64,000 bases of DNA, from positions 930,001 to 994,000 of the forward strand of contig CM102285.1 of the NCBI GenBank assembly GCA_046563655.1. The letters run 5' to 3'. The DNA comes from Yuukianura sp. NJ FZ-2021 (lineage: Eukaryota). The notes beneath the pieces are model-generated. The model worked only from the letters and a program-made list of their open reading frames with translations, made no database searches and was not told where the DNA came from. Both the position numbers and the translations under genes were made by a program. This document shows positions 12,041-23,350 of this stretch, one piece after another (the first letter of the stretch is position 1; each line of letters begins with the position of its first letter).

Positions 12041-12369
12041 TTAGGTTAAACCTATGCAATCCAATAAGCGTATCAGTTGAAAATTCATCATTCAATATTC
12101 TACATAAACTCCAAACGTTCGTTAAAAAAACTTTTTGTACACCAGGTTGTACAATAACTCGAAGTTTTAAACTTTGTCTGAAAGTAGGAAATCTGCCTTT
12201 ATTTGGTAATTTTTTGCATGTAATATAAATGCGATTGGTGCTAAAAGTTGCTTGAAGTTAGATTTTTGAAACCCCTGAGTTATTGGACAGCCTGTTGTAG
12301 GAAATAAAATTCGGGTGCCAAGGAAATAAACCGTTGTAAACGCCGTACGTAAGTAGCGAAAGGAAGCTA

Positions 12370-13170
12370 GAGTGCACTTCCGGTCAAACCGGAGCCGTAT
12401 TAATCACCCCTTATGCCAAACTGATTTACGAAGACAGATTGCAAATCGGTTTCGGAGGTATAGTTGCGGACAGGCAGACGGACAGGCAGACAGACTCGGG
12501 GAAAAACATAAAGTAGGTCATGCTTGCCCGAGTAGGACGAGGAAAGCAATTTTGCAACTTTTATCGTCTGTATCTCTGTAATCGTAGATCAAAGGTCAAG
12601 GTCACCTTTACAAAAGTTGTTCAGCCCAATGAGATAAACAACTTTTGTAGAGGTCATCTTTTTTTATTTCCGTCATTAAAGTATTAGACCTTGACCTTTG
12701 ACCTGGACCTGGACAACATCCGGTCAAGCTGGACAATGATTAGACACCCCTGGAACATGTGAAGCGCAAATGTGAAGACAGATTGAAAATCGCTTCAGTG
12801 GTTCTGGAGTTATAGACGCGAATATCACGAGTGACCCCATTATGCAACTTCTAAGGTCTATATCTCCAGAACCCCAGGTCAAAGGTCAAGGTCACCTATA
12901 CAAAAGTTGTTCGTCTCGATGAGATGAATAACTTTTGTAAGGGTCATTTTGCCGATTTCCGTCAAAAATGTATTTGACCTTGACCTTTGACCCTTAAGGG
13001 GTCTACTTCCGGTCAAATGGGTGACCGATTGTTCACCCCCAGACCATGTCAAGTTCATCTGTAAAGACAGATTGAAAATCGGTCCAGCGGTTCCAGAGCT
13101 AGCTTGACCAGCAGACGGACAGACAGACAGACAGACTCGGGGAAAAACATAAAGTAGCTCATACTTTCGC
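12370..13170. mobile_element. DINE/Helentron-like composite repeat with duplicated internal units
   Basis: Two units of CAAAGGTCAAGGTCAC...AAAAGTTGTTC...GACCTTGACCTTTGACC, repeated ACTTCCGGTCAAA...AAGACAGATTG, and (CAGA)n followed by CTCGGGGAAAAACATAAAGTAG twice. Confidence 0.6.
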
Positions 13171-13640
13171 TACTTATTAAACTGAAACTAATGGAACCTT
13201 GATAAACTCGGATTCTGAACAAAAGTTCAATTTACGACGTTTATGATATCGTGACGTATAATTTTAAAATTTTTGAACATAAAATTCTTTGAAAAACACT
13301 CTTGTTAAAATCTGAGCTAGAAAAGAAAACTATAGAGAGGGAAACTTGATCCTTTGAAAAAACAATAACCAACATTTACTTTTGTATGTTAGATAATTTT
13401 TTATTTAATTAGTTACATTATGACCAATTTATTAAGGATGTATTAATACATCTCTTATTGAGCAAACAATTTAATTTGGATGACCTTGACCTATTGACAA
13501 CTACAATAGTCCGAATTTTTAACACACCTGTGAGCATCTGCAAGATTAGTTCTACATTTTGCAAATTTTGTTTTGATTAGTAAGCACTAAAGCAAACATA
13601 GGCTGAAGTTTTAAATGTAGAAAATAAATATAACTACTTC

Positions 13641-14253
13641 TAGTTCATGAGAAAATGATGTGCAGATTGTTTCTTTCTAAAATCGCGTTTTTTTTTCTCT
13701 TGTTTACACAAAATGCAGAAAAATACAAATACTGCACTGAGGTGTAGTGTGACTGTGACTTTAGGACTCAAATTGGATTTTTTTTTCTCGAAAAAATTAC
13801 GAAATTTTGTAGGAAAAATTGTAACTTTTTGGAACAAAAATTCGACATTTTTTCTAAAATTTGTCGTAAAATACGATTTAATACATGTGTGCGAAACCAT
13901 TTGTAGGTCAAAGAAGTTGAAGTTAAACACAAGTTTTTTGAAAAAAAAAAAAACGAAAAAGAAAAAAAAATGGCGACTTATACAACGCTGTGGTTACATG
14001 CATGTGAAATTTCGTCGCCTGAATGGAACAAAGAATTGCCAACTCCATTGCAACCGCAATGACATCAACAAATCACCACCCAGAGCCGGACAAAAACTAG
14101 AGTAGTTTTCTTAATTGCAATTAAAAGTAGTATTAATTGTTCCACATGTGGGTACATTGCTGCTGCAACAGCATTACGCAAATCTTTGTGTTTCTAGAGC
14201 CAACGTACCAAATTAATGAATCAACAATCTGCACATCATTTTGTCCTGAACTA
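13641..14253. mobile_element. MITE with ~31-bp terminal inverted repeats
   Basis: TAGTTCATGAGAAAATGATGTGCAGATTGTT versus AACAATCTGCACATCATTTTGTCCTGAACTA (2 mismatches). Confidence 0.7.
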
Positions 14254-14385
14254 TAAAATGTAATTACTCTGAATTAAATATAATTTTAGTTACGTGCAAC
14301 GCACATACTGGAACACGCAAGGACCTCAGTGTTCCGAAGAATTTTTTAATATTTTGTCACTTTCCAGAAAATTTGTGCTCATTGT

Positions 14386-16399
14386 CTAGTCAATTCTGTT
14401 GGCTGGATTTGTGATTAGATTACCCGATGATGGGGACAGCCCAAGAAGTCTGTGTGTTAGTTGGTTCACACGCTCCTAAAAAATATTTAGGAAAAAATTA
14501 TATATAATTGCAATGTTTTTGATTAAAAAAAAAGTACGACAAGCGGGTCAGAATTTAAAATCATGTAAAACATACTTCCCACTGTAATTAAACCACTTAA
14601 GGTGAGACATCAGGTCAATAAAAATAACGCTAAAAAACGCTCTGTAGACATAGCAACGGCTGAGAATTGAGAATTAACACATTACGCAATCATACAAAAC
14701 CCCGAACGGGTGGATTCTCTACGATTGAAATTTGCTTGAAACTCATGCTAACTCGCGAATCACTGCGTTGGATTTCAAATTTGTGGATCATTCGCGGGTT
14801 TTTCTCAATGAACATGGCGAAGTGGATGAGCCACTTCTGATACTCAATTCTCAAGTCGCCCCAACTCTTAGTGACGTAATACGAAATTGTAATTTGTAAA
14901 CACGAAATTCGTGAACTCTGACCCAATCGTAAGGTGCATCGCCTGTATGATTGGTTAGGCGCTCAAAAAGCTACGACCACACTTTTCGCATTAGCATACG
15001 CTGCTCCACATCGCAAAAGTTTGCGATCTAACGAATCTTCGACTGTTTCGCCGTTAAAAGCAAAAGAAGGCAGAAATCCGAGGATTTCTGAAACGTCTTC
15101 CAGAAAACCTATGTTTTCTGGACGAAGGGTCCTGTTTTCGTCAGATCGCAAAGTTTTGCGTTGTGGAGCAGCGTATGCTAATGCGAAAAGTGTGGTCGTA
15201 GTTTTTTGAGCGCCTAACCAGTCATAGACGCGATGCACCTTAAGTCTTATGGGAAATTGCGTATAAGCGAATCTGTAAATCGCCTCATTAAACTATACAA
15301 CTACAGAAAGCCACATCACCTCCAGGTTGCCAATCTGAATCGCTTGATTCTGAATAATAGTGTCCTGTTGGACTACTCTCTCTCGCAAGGACGTGTTCTC
15401 CGCTTCTTTGACAATGTCACTTAATAAGAAACAATGTTGAAGTTAGTACATTTGGACAGCAAATACAAATAATCAAATGGTTTCCATACCTGTGACACTT
15501 GCCTGTGTGATGTCCTTCCGTGGCAGTTTTCATGTGGACCTTAAGACTTTTTCCACAAAGAGTGCATCGTGGTGCCTGGAATTCAGCGTCGCACCTAAAA
15601 CATTATAAGAGTGTACAGTGTAATAGATAATATTAAAAACTAGAAGCTACAGTGTACAAAAAGTTTCTTTAAATTGAAACTTTTGTTTATTGTTTCTTAA
15701 CAGGTTATGCCATAACTCCTATTCTTTAAAAAATGTGTTTTGAATTTTTTGTGCCATTTATTAACCTCGCGCCTTGTAAAGTAAATGGGATTGGTGCAAA
15801 ATTTCTTTGAAAAATGTGAGTTATCGCATAACCTGTTAACGGCATTTGTATCAATGGACTCTACACACTCTACTTTGTTTAGAATACAAGATTTATATAG
15901 AAAAGCTGTGAAACAAGATTGTAAGTGCCGTGTGAAATTACCCAATTTTGGAAGTTTCGCAATTAAAATTCTTGTTCAAATTTTAGGATAACTCGATGTT
16001 AAGTTGGAATTCGAATGAGCACAATAAATTGGCATGCAAGTTTGTTAGGAGTAAGAAAAATCTGATTGTGTAAAATGAAGCAGAAAAAGCGTTAATAGCC
16101 TACGAGTCCAAATTAGAAATTTAACGTTTTTCGAACATTTAGTTAATAATAATTAGAGAAGATGAAATAGAAATTCCATTAAGGGTAGAGTACCCATGAC
16201 GTTGATCGAATGCGAAACTTGCATCTTGTAAGAAACCCTGCTGTAGCTTGCTGCTGCTTGTAACAAATGGTACTGAAATCGTTGTTTCAAGTCCAGAAAT
16301 TGGTACTAATTCTTTGGAGATACTGGAATTTGAGGTTGAACTGTCTCCTACTTTTTCGTCATTTAAAACATCTTGTTCAATTTTAATTTTTGGAAACAT
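14386..16399 (-). CDS. Unknown multi-exon protein with a CxxC/His segment and a probable coiled coil; exons about 16399-16192, 15594-15490, 15419-15320, 14867-14697, 14475-14386
   Basis: GT-AG junctions keep one open frame: MFPKIKIEQ...QRHG|CDAEFQAPRCTLCGKSLKVHMK...HHTGKCH|SDIVKEAENTSLRERVVQQD...LE|SWGDLRIEYQKW...|ERVNQLTHRLL...RID*. No family recognised. Confidence 0.45.
14930..15242. mobile_element. Long palindromic (fold-back) MITE with ~105-bp arms
   Basis: TAAGGTGCATCGC...TTGCGATCT is mirrored by AGATCGCAA...GCGATGCACCTTA. This explains the mirrored ORFs 14934+ and 14963-. Confidence 0.9.
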
Positions 16400-17534
16400 A
16401 GTGCCCTGATGTAACTTCAAACTGGCAAGCAACCTAAAGAATAATAAATAAGATAACATGCAATATTAACCAAAGCTTACGTCATCCCTAGTAAGCGCTG
16501 CAAAATTATTTTAAATCCAAGGTGTCTCCTGACCAGAAAATATACTTTCATTTGAAGAAATTCGAACTTAACAATACCCCAGCAACTAATTTACCTCATT
16601 CAACTTGACGCAAAAATTTATACTTACATTTTCTTGACGAGCTGCTGAAACCTTTGCTCTTCAAAATAAATCCTTTAAGCTAACAATGTGCTAATTAAAC
16701 TTTGACCTCAAATGAACGGTGCAAAAATTCTTGAATATTTAAGTTCCAATTTTCTCCAATTTAACAATGTCTTGTGAACACCTTTTCTATTTCTGTTTGA
16801 GTTTTCTGGTCAGGGAAAAACGCCTCAATTTTTTCTTGATTCTTGTTTTTATTAACTAGCTTTGTAAATATCATACAAAACGTGCTTGTAAGAGTATAAT
16901 CTTCTGCGTATCTTTAATAGTTTAAAAATTAAGATATGGTTACTTACCGTAAAGCTAGATTTTAGGGCTCTGAGACAGACAAACTTTACCAATGAAACCA
17001 ACTCCAAAGCTCAACTTTAATCATTCCTTTGTTGAAAAAAAAAATAAATTTAGAAATGCCAAATTTTTGGGAAACTGCCTCCGGCGAGTTAGCAATTTTT
17101 CATCTTTCAAAAGAATTTATGTTTAGTGGGATTTCTACTCTGTCGATCCTTGACCTATTTTGTTATTTCTTGTGTATTGAATTTCGTGGACTCTGCAATT
17201 GTGATCGGCGTCTATAAATGAAAAAAATGATTGTCCAAAAATTTTAAATTCTTAGGTTAACTCTGACCACTCGCAAATTGTGGTCAAACCAAAAGTATAA
17301 TTTTGTTAAAAAACTAACTTTGTTGTCAAATACTTTTATTTTATAGTTCGTCAAATTTTATTTTTACAAATACAGTAACAAAATTCAACAGTCAAAATTC
17401 AACATGTTGAAAGACCAAACAAAATTATCAATATTTCGTTTGACTATCAAATTGAAAAGTATATTGCCGCGGAATTTCAAAATTTTATACTTTAAAAAAA
17501 ATATTTTTCAAAGCTGATAGTTTTCACAGGCATA

Positions 17535-19549
17535 TCATTCAGTACAAAGTTTCTTTTGATTTGCAATCCTTGTGTACTGCGTAAGTCCAAGTGCTGCGTC
17601 AATATTTTCCGAAACGAATTTGATTTTTAAATTTTGAAATTTCGCGGTAAGTTCTTCTTGTAGAATTGGATTACGCAGTAGAGCGGATCCAGTGGCAACA
17701 ATCGTTTGAATTCCCCGTTGAATCAGTTCTTCTTCCGACACAAACTGTGCCAAATTTTGAATCAGCCCGCCACAAACTGCTCGTGTCAAGTCACCAACCG
17801 TGTGATTTGTAGCCGATAAGTTGAAAATTGTCGCTCTGGAAGACGGGGAATGTCGCTCACCAAAAAGTAACGGTGACATTTCTAAAGTAGTTTCAGTAAC
17901 GGCGATTCCAGCGTCAAGAAGTTTGGTCCAAATGACATCTACGCAAAATTGAACTTAAATTTTTGAAATTGAAGAAAGTTTAAAAAACATTTTTGTTTTG
18001 AAAATGTTTACCAGTTTCTACCGTTTGACCGAACAGGTCTAGGAAATTTTGAATCGAGGTTACAAAAGTAGCCAGAACGTTCCCACCGTTAAGCGATGCA
18101 CCGACTGCCAGGTAAGTTGCGTTAAAAAAAGGAAAGTATTCGATCCCCCGACATCGCTCACGTTCGGATCCGATTTCTTCAGCGACGTAAGCGATCTGCG
18201 CAGAAGTTGAAATGTTGACGAACGCTTCCCTGCTTGTTCCATTTCCGCTAGATGTCGATGAAATTGCAGAGTATACTGAACACTGGAGGTCACCAAGAGC
18301 TACACCTACAAAAGAAGGCGGGAATTTTCAAAAAGAAGAAGTATTTAATGGAATTTACTTCACATTGAATTGGACTGAGGAGGCAGTGATAGTGTGGAAA
18401 AATATTAGAAACCGAGTGGAATTCGAACCCACACCTCTTCAATCTGGTAAGTGCTTTAAACCGTTGAGCTAATCTCATCCTTGGCGATTGGCATGGGACT
18501 ATTGCCAAAGGCCACATTCATTAACCTTTTGACCTTTGACCTCAACATGTCACTCACCTACGACTGTTCCCGCCTTGACCCCAAACCAAGACTTTTGAAG
18601 TTTCCCGGCAATTGTGCCCGGAGTGGCAACTTCTGGAAGCAGATGAGTAGGAAAGCCAGCTGATTGGAGAATTGACGTATTGAAGGCATTTGTTAAGCAA
18701 TTGAAGTATCCCCAACTGGCAGCATTTTGGGTTGACATCACTGGACGCTTCAGGTCACACAAAGTGACAACTAGCAGGTCCTGCAAAAGTAAAAGGTCAA
18801 AGGTCACGTTTTTTCCAGAGCTCAAACCCCATTGGTCAGAAATTGACCAATCACGAGGCTATGCTTACCATAATAGTTCCGGAAGAGTTGTACTGCGCAA
18901 GTATTTCAGGAGTGTTTTTGCTCAACCAAAATAGAGTGGCACATCCGTGACCTGTGCTCAAGGTCAAGTGTGAATCGGGTTTTGGCAAAGTTGACAAGAA
19001 GTTAGGGTCACACCGTTGGTCCATCCAGGTCACAAGTTTGGAACAGGAAGTTACTCCCTCTAGTGGATCGTAGTTCCACAAGCAAACGCCGTGCATTTGG
19101 CCGCAAATTCCTAAAGAACAAAAACTGTAACAGTTTTGACCTTTGACCCTTTTGTACTGTGCTTTACCAATTGTGGTGACCTTTTCCAGTGCATCCTTGG
19201 GGAGGTCACGCATGCAGTTGTCCAAACTTTCAAATATGGTTCGTGTATCCTGTTCAAAGTGTCCATCGGCCGCAACCGGTCCGTCCTGCTAAAAATTATG
19301 CTTTAACTTTAGTACAAAGGTAAATAACTTAACATGTTACGTATTTTTCTTATTTATTATATTATTTATTAACATTTTTACACTTACTTGTGGGTGTGCC
19401 ATACGTTTGGTGTCAACGATTCGTCCAGAACTATCAATCAAGCAGACCTTGACAGTTGTCGTGCCGATGTCAATGCCAAGGTGGTAAGAGGTAATGTTTT
19501 TCAAATTCAAGCCTGATTGGTCGCTGCCTTTAAGTACATTTGTAGCCAT
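17535..19549 (-). CDS. SHPK: Sedoheptulokinase (FGGY carbohydrate kinase); exons about 19549-19389, 19286-18869, 18781-18559, 18305-18012, 17938-17535
   Basis: LGIDIGTTTVKVCL, GQMHGVCLW, TWMDQRC, GHGCATLFWL, QNAASWGYFN, VALGDLQCSV, NISTSAQ, YFPFF..YLAVGASLNGGNVLA, PLLFGERH, GSALLRNP. Confidence 0.92.
18406..18480 (-). mobile_element. tRNA-derived SINE head or tRNA pseudogene in an SHPK intron
   Basis: The minus strand has an A-box-like TTAGCTCAACGG and a B-box-like GGTTCGAATTCC. A homologous degenerate copy lies at 58746-58830 (+). Confidence 0.55.
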
Positions 19550-20277
19550 GTCTAGAAAAACGTTTTGAAAACGTGAGATTTTACAATTGACAATTGGATG
19601 AGCTTAATTATATATTATAGTAATTAGTTGTTTTAATTATTTAGTAATTTAATTAATTAGTAATTTTAAGTAGTTATTTCGTTCCGATATAAGAAGGACA
19701 AGCCATTTGCTCTTGTTGATCTTTTTTGAAAATTGAAGCGGGAAAGGGAAACGTGGTTTTCCAAATGTGAAAAAGTGGAATTTTTGTCATTTTAGTTTGT
19801 TTTCTTTTTTTCATAATCTTCATCTTTTCTTTTAATTTTATTTTTAGAAATTCGCAAAAAATACCGAGAAATACCGAGAGCGGGCGAGTGAAAAGATCAA
19901 GATCTGCTAAGGATAAGGAGCTGAGCCCAAGATCAGGTTAGATTTAGACGATCAAGGTTTATAATCTAACGTCTACCACCGTATTATCGGTAGTGTCTGG
20001 GTCAGAGGTCACGACGGGGAGGTCAGTCGGTCGTCTTATGTGTAAGTCACTTCTTACCAGTCTAACTTGACAAACGAAACGTTCCGCCTACGTTAATAGA
20101 AGTTAGTTTGAAGTCGGTTCGTATTTACGTAAGAATAAGAGAGACGTTTGAATATGGCTTAATCGATTAAGTTATTGATTGAGTTAATTACAAAACTTGG
20201 AAGGAATTAAGGTACAACACAAAAATTATTGCGCAGTATTAACTGTATAATACCGAAAGCGGCAGGAATTGGATTAC

Positions 20278-20551
20278 TAGGGGTCAACCATTTCCTCGCA
20301 GAAAATTGCAGTGGCACTCTCGCACTTGATCAGCTGTTGGTAAAGTGCGAGCGATCGCAGATTTTTTGGGTTCGCCTGTACCCGCCTGTACTCAACAGCC
20401 AATCAGGAGAAGTGCAATTTTCTTTTTCCAACTCAAAAATCTGCGACCCTCAGAGGCTTCTATAAATATCTCTTTCGCACTCTCGCACTCTCGCAGATTT
20501 CCAACTGCCAACTCAAACTGCGATGAAGTGCAAAGAAATGGTTGACCCCTA
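20278..20551. mobile_element. MITE (hAT-like TAGGG termini) upstream of guanylate kinase
   Basis: 17-bp TIR TAGGGGTCAACCATTTC / GAAATGGTTGACCCCTA. No clean TSD. Confidence 0.75.
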
Positions 20552-21290
20552 CTGATTTGATTAGTGATTAGAGAGTTATTGGACATTGAGCAACACTGTG
20601 AAACTGAGACTGTGACCTTGTCTGTCTACCAATTACATTTGGATTGGAGTGGACATTTTCACAACAGATTAATCAATGTGGATGGCATTATTGCTCTTTG
20701 GCTACTACTGTAATTACCCGGAATATAACTTCCATAACATAAATCATTTACGGTAATTAATCTGATATTGACCTACTTTTTATTCCTAGAGTGGTTCGCT
20801 CGATTCGATCACTTTTCCAATTCCTACTCCGCAGTCCGCAAAGGTTGTGATTTGGTTCGACTAAGCTTAAGCCTTTTGCTGAAGTTCAAAGTCAATGCAT
20901 TAACGGTAATCGAAACACCAATTTGGACTAATTGAACCAAGAAAGATTGAGATATTACTTACTGTCACTTCCAGAATAACTGCCAAGGTCTCTGGTACAC
21001 ATGAGAAGGCATATAAAGAGAAATAATTTTTCATAAGCCGATTCATTATCTACCGCAGCTGTTTTTTACATTTAGATTGTTACATGATTCCATCCAGCAA
21101 CTTTCGTTACGTGTACATATTTTGTTGCATACATTTTTGTTGTAGTAGCTACTTTTTGACAAGTTGAATTGATGATTTGGTTTTTGATTGTCTTTCAGTG
21201 TTCAAATTACTGAGCAGAGTTCCAGTTACATTCCAATTGAAGCAAGAATTATTAATCAGTTACCGGTTCATCTCGTCCAAGAACACTAAG

Positions 21291-22072
21291 ATGATGTACA
21301 AGGCTCTCCCAGTCGTCTTCTGTGGCCCTAGTGGTGTCGGAAAATCTACTTTGGTCAAACAACTGCGTAGTCAGTACCCAGCAGCATTTGGATTCTCAGT
21401 GTCCCATACCACAAGGAAACCCAGAGAAGGAGAGGTCAATGGCAAGGACTATCACTTTGTCACAAGAGAAGTCATGGAACAATCGATCAAACAAGGAGAA
21501 TTTATTGAGAACGCTGAATTCTCTGGAAATCTTTATGGAACGAGGTAAAAGTTCAAGATTTTAAAATCTTTGAATTAAAAATTACAGTCATAACCTAGGA
21601 TTTGTTGCTCACTTTTTAGCAAAAAGGCGGTAGAGGATGTCCAAGCTCAAGGGAAGATCTGTATTCTGGACATCGATGTCCAAGGAGTCAAATTAATCAA
21701 GCAAACTGACCTCAATCCGCGTCTCATCTTTGTCAGCCCACCCTCATTTGAATCTCTCAAAACACGACTGGAAAACCGTGGAACCGAAACAGGAGAAAGT
21801 TTACAAAAACGGTTGGCAGCAGCAAAGGCAGAAATGGACTACGGTACTAACATAAAGTCTAGGAAATTCTCGCTGTGTTTGGTTTGTTAGTGATTTTTGA
21901 AATTTAATTTTTTGAATTTGAAGGAACAACTCCCGGCAACTTTGACATCGTCATTGTCAACGACGATTTGGACGTAGCGTACAAGCAGCTAAAGAATTTC
22001 ATTTACCCGGACATCTGTAAGCTGGAAGAGTTTCAAAAACAGCAACAGTCAATCGCTGGAGGCGATCGCTGA
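21291..22072 (+). CDS. GUK1: Guanylate kinase; exons 21291-21544, 21620-21843, 21924-22072 (possible upstream N-terminal extension)
   Basis: [10 protein letters not shown]-loop, [59 protein letters not shown]. Confidence 0.95.
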
Positions 22073-22756
22073 ATTTAAAATCGCCGTCGTTTTAGAAATT
22101 GTATCTTGAAAATTTTGAATCAATACCCCGCCACTGTCAGTATCGACTTTGTAGTTACCCTCTTAATGCAGGTTATTTTTGAACTACCCGGAACTAAAAG
22201 TTACGTTAGGTTGCCAACCTAGCCCAGCCTAACCTTCGCAAGCTTTTACATTTGTGCTCGTTGACTTCAAACGTCTGCATTACAACATTATTACATTTAG
22301 TTACGTTATGAATTAATAATTTAAGTGAATTACACGACTTTGGAGTGTAATCATGAACGGTTCATGTTCATTCGCTGCACAATCAACTTAAGTACTAGAT
22401 AGTTTATCTCCCCGTCTAAAGTAGGTTGGTTGAGCAGCAACTGAGAGGTAACTTGAAAAATACATTTAAAAAATGCAGTCTTTTGCTTACGATTAATATA
22501 GTCAATTAATAGAGGATTTAGGTAGGGTTAAACCAATGTCATTTACTTAACATGTGGCAAAAGAAGTGACCATGAATAAGAACAATAGTCTTTAGTTGAA
22601 AGCATCCAACACACTTCGTGACGTAACCAGGTTTGATGGCCGATTCAAAAGAGAAAGTGTAGAGTAGAACTTTTGAATGTTTAATTCACACACCCCGTTT
22701 CGAGAAATCACGTTACTTCATTCACCTCAACGTTCATTTTGACCAAAGGTTGGGAA

Positions 22757-23266
22757 ATGATGGTTAGGGTTTTGCTCTTGGTCATCGGATTGATCGTGCC
22801 GGAAAGAGTTTTGAGCGACAATCTATTTGAGCTCACATACTTTCGAAATGTACCTAGAAAGGAGCCTGACAAGCAGTTTATTTTCAAGATTAATGACCCT
22901 GAGCGTGTGAAAGAGGCGGATGACATGATCCGAAATGGGCAGAACGTACCGAGAAATACGAAAATGGTGATTGCGTACATCTGCAAAACGAAGGCTTCCT
23001 ACAATCCCAACTGGAGCTTCCACCTTGGTAACTTTTATACACAACTATTTCGAAAATATTAACGTACAAAATAATGCATTTGGAACGGAACTCAATTTCT
23101 AGATCCAGATAGGATAAATTTTGCTGAGGCAATGGTTGAGGTATGCGATGCGAGCACGGAGATGGTGGAAAAGCGCTTAAGCCAAGTTGGAGGATCCTTC
23201 CTACCAGGCAACAGATGGTGCCCATGGATGGCTTACATGTCTGGTCGTTATAATTCTTCAGCCTAA
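22757..23266 (+). CDS. Secreted BP74-like (BP74 N-terminal domain) protein; exons 22757-23027 and 23103-23266
   Basis: Spliced product has a signal peptide followed by FIFKINDP..A...YNPNWSFHLDP..INF...VEVCDA...VE..L..VGGSFLPGNRWCPW. This is the motif set I recall for BP74-type proteins of Dictyostelium and bacteria. Confidence 0.7.
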
Positions 23267-23350
23267 AACTCATTCAGTTCATATCTACAGTTGAACGTTT
23301 ATTAAATTCGGTTCATACAGAACTATCGTTAACCTCGTGTCACTTTTCCG

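Noticed and set aside
14934-15238. Two mirrored 91-aa ORFs as a sense/antisense gene pair
   Set aside because: Artefact of the palindromic MITE.
18406-18480. Functional tRNA gene
   Set aside because: No convincing acceptor or anticodon stems by eye, and a second degenerate copy exists. Treated as a tRNA-derived repeat.
18060-18517. Apparent frameshifts in SHPK
   Set aside because: Resolved by introns. The exon 18305-18012 is open in the frame giving GDLQCSV...SLNGGN.
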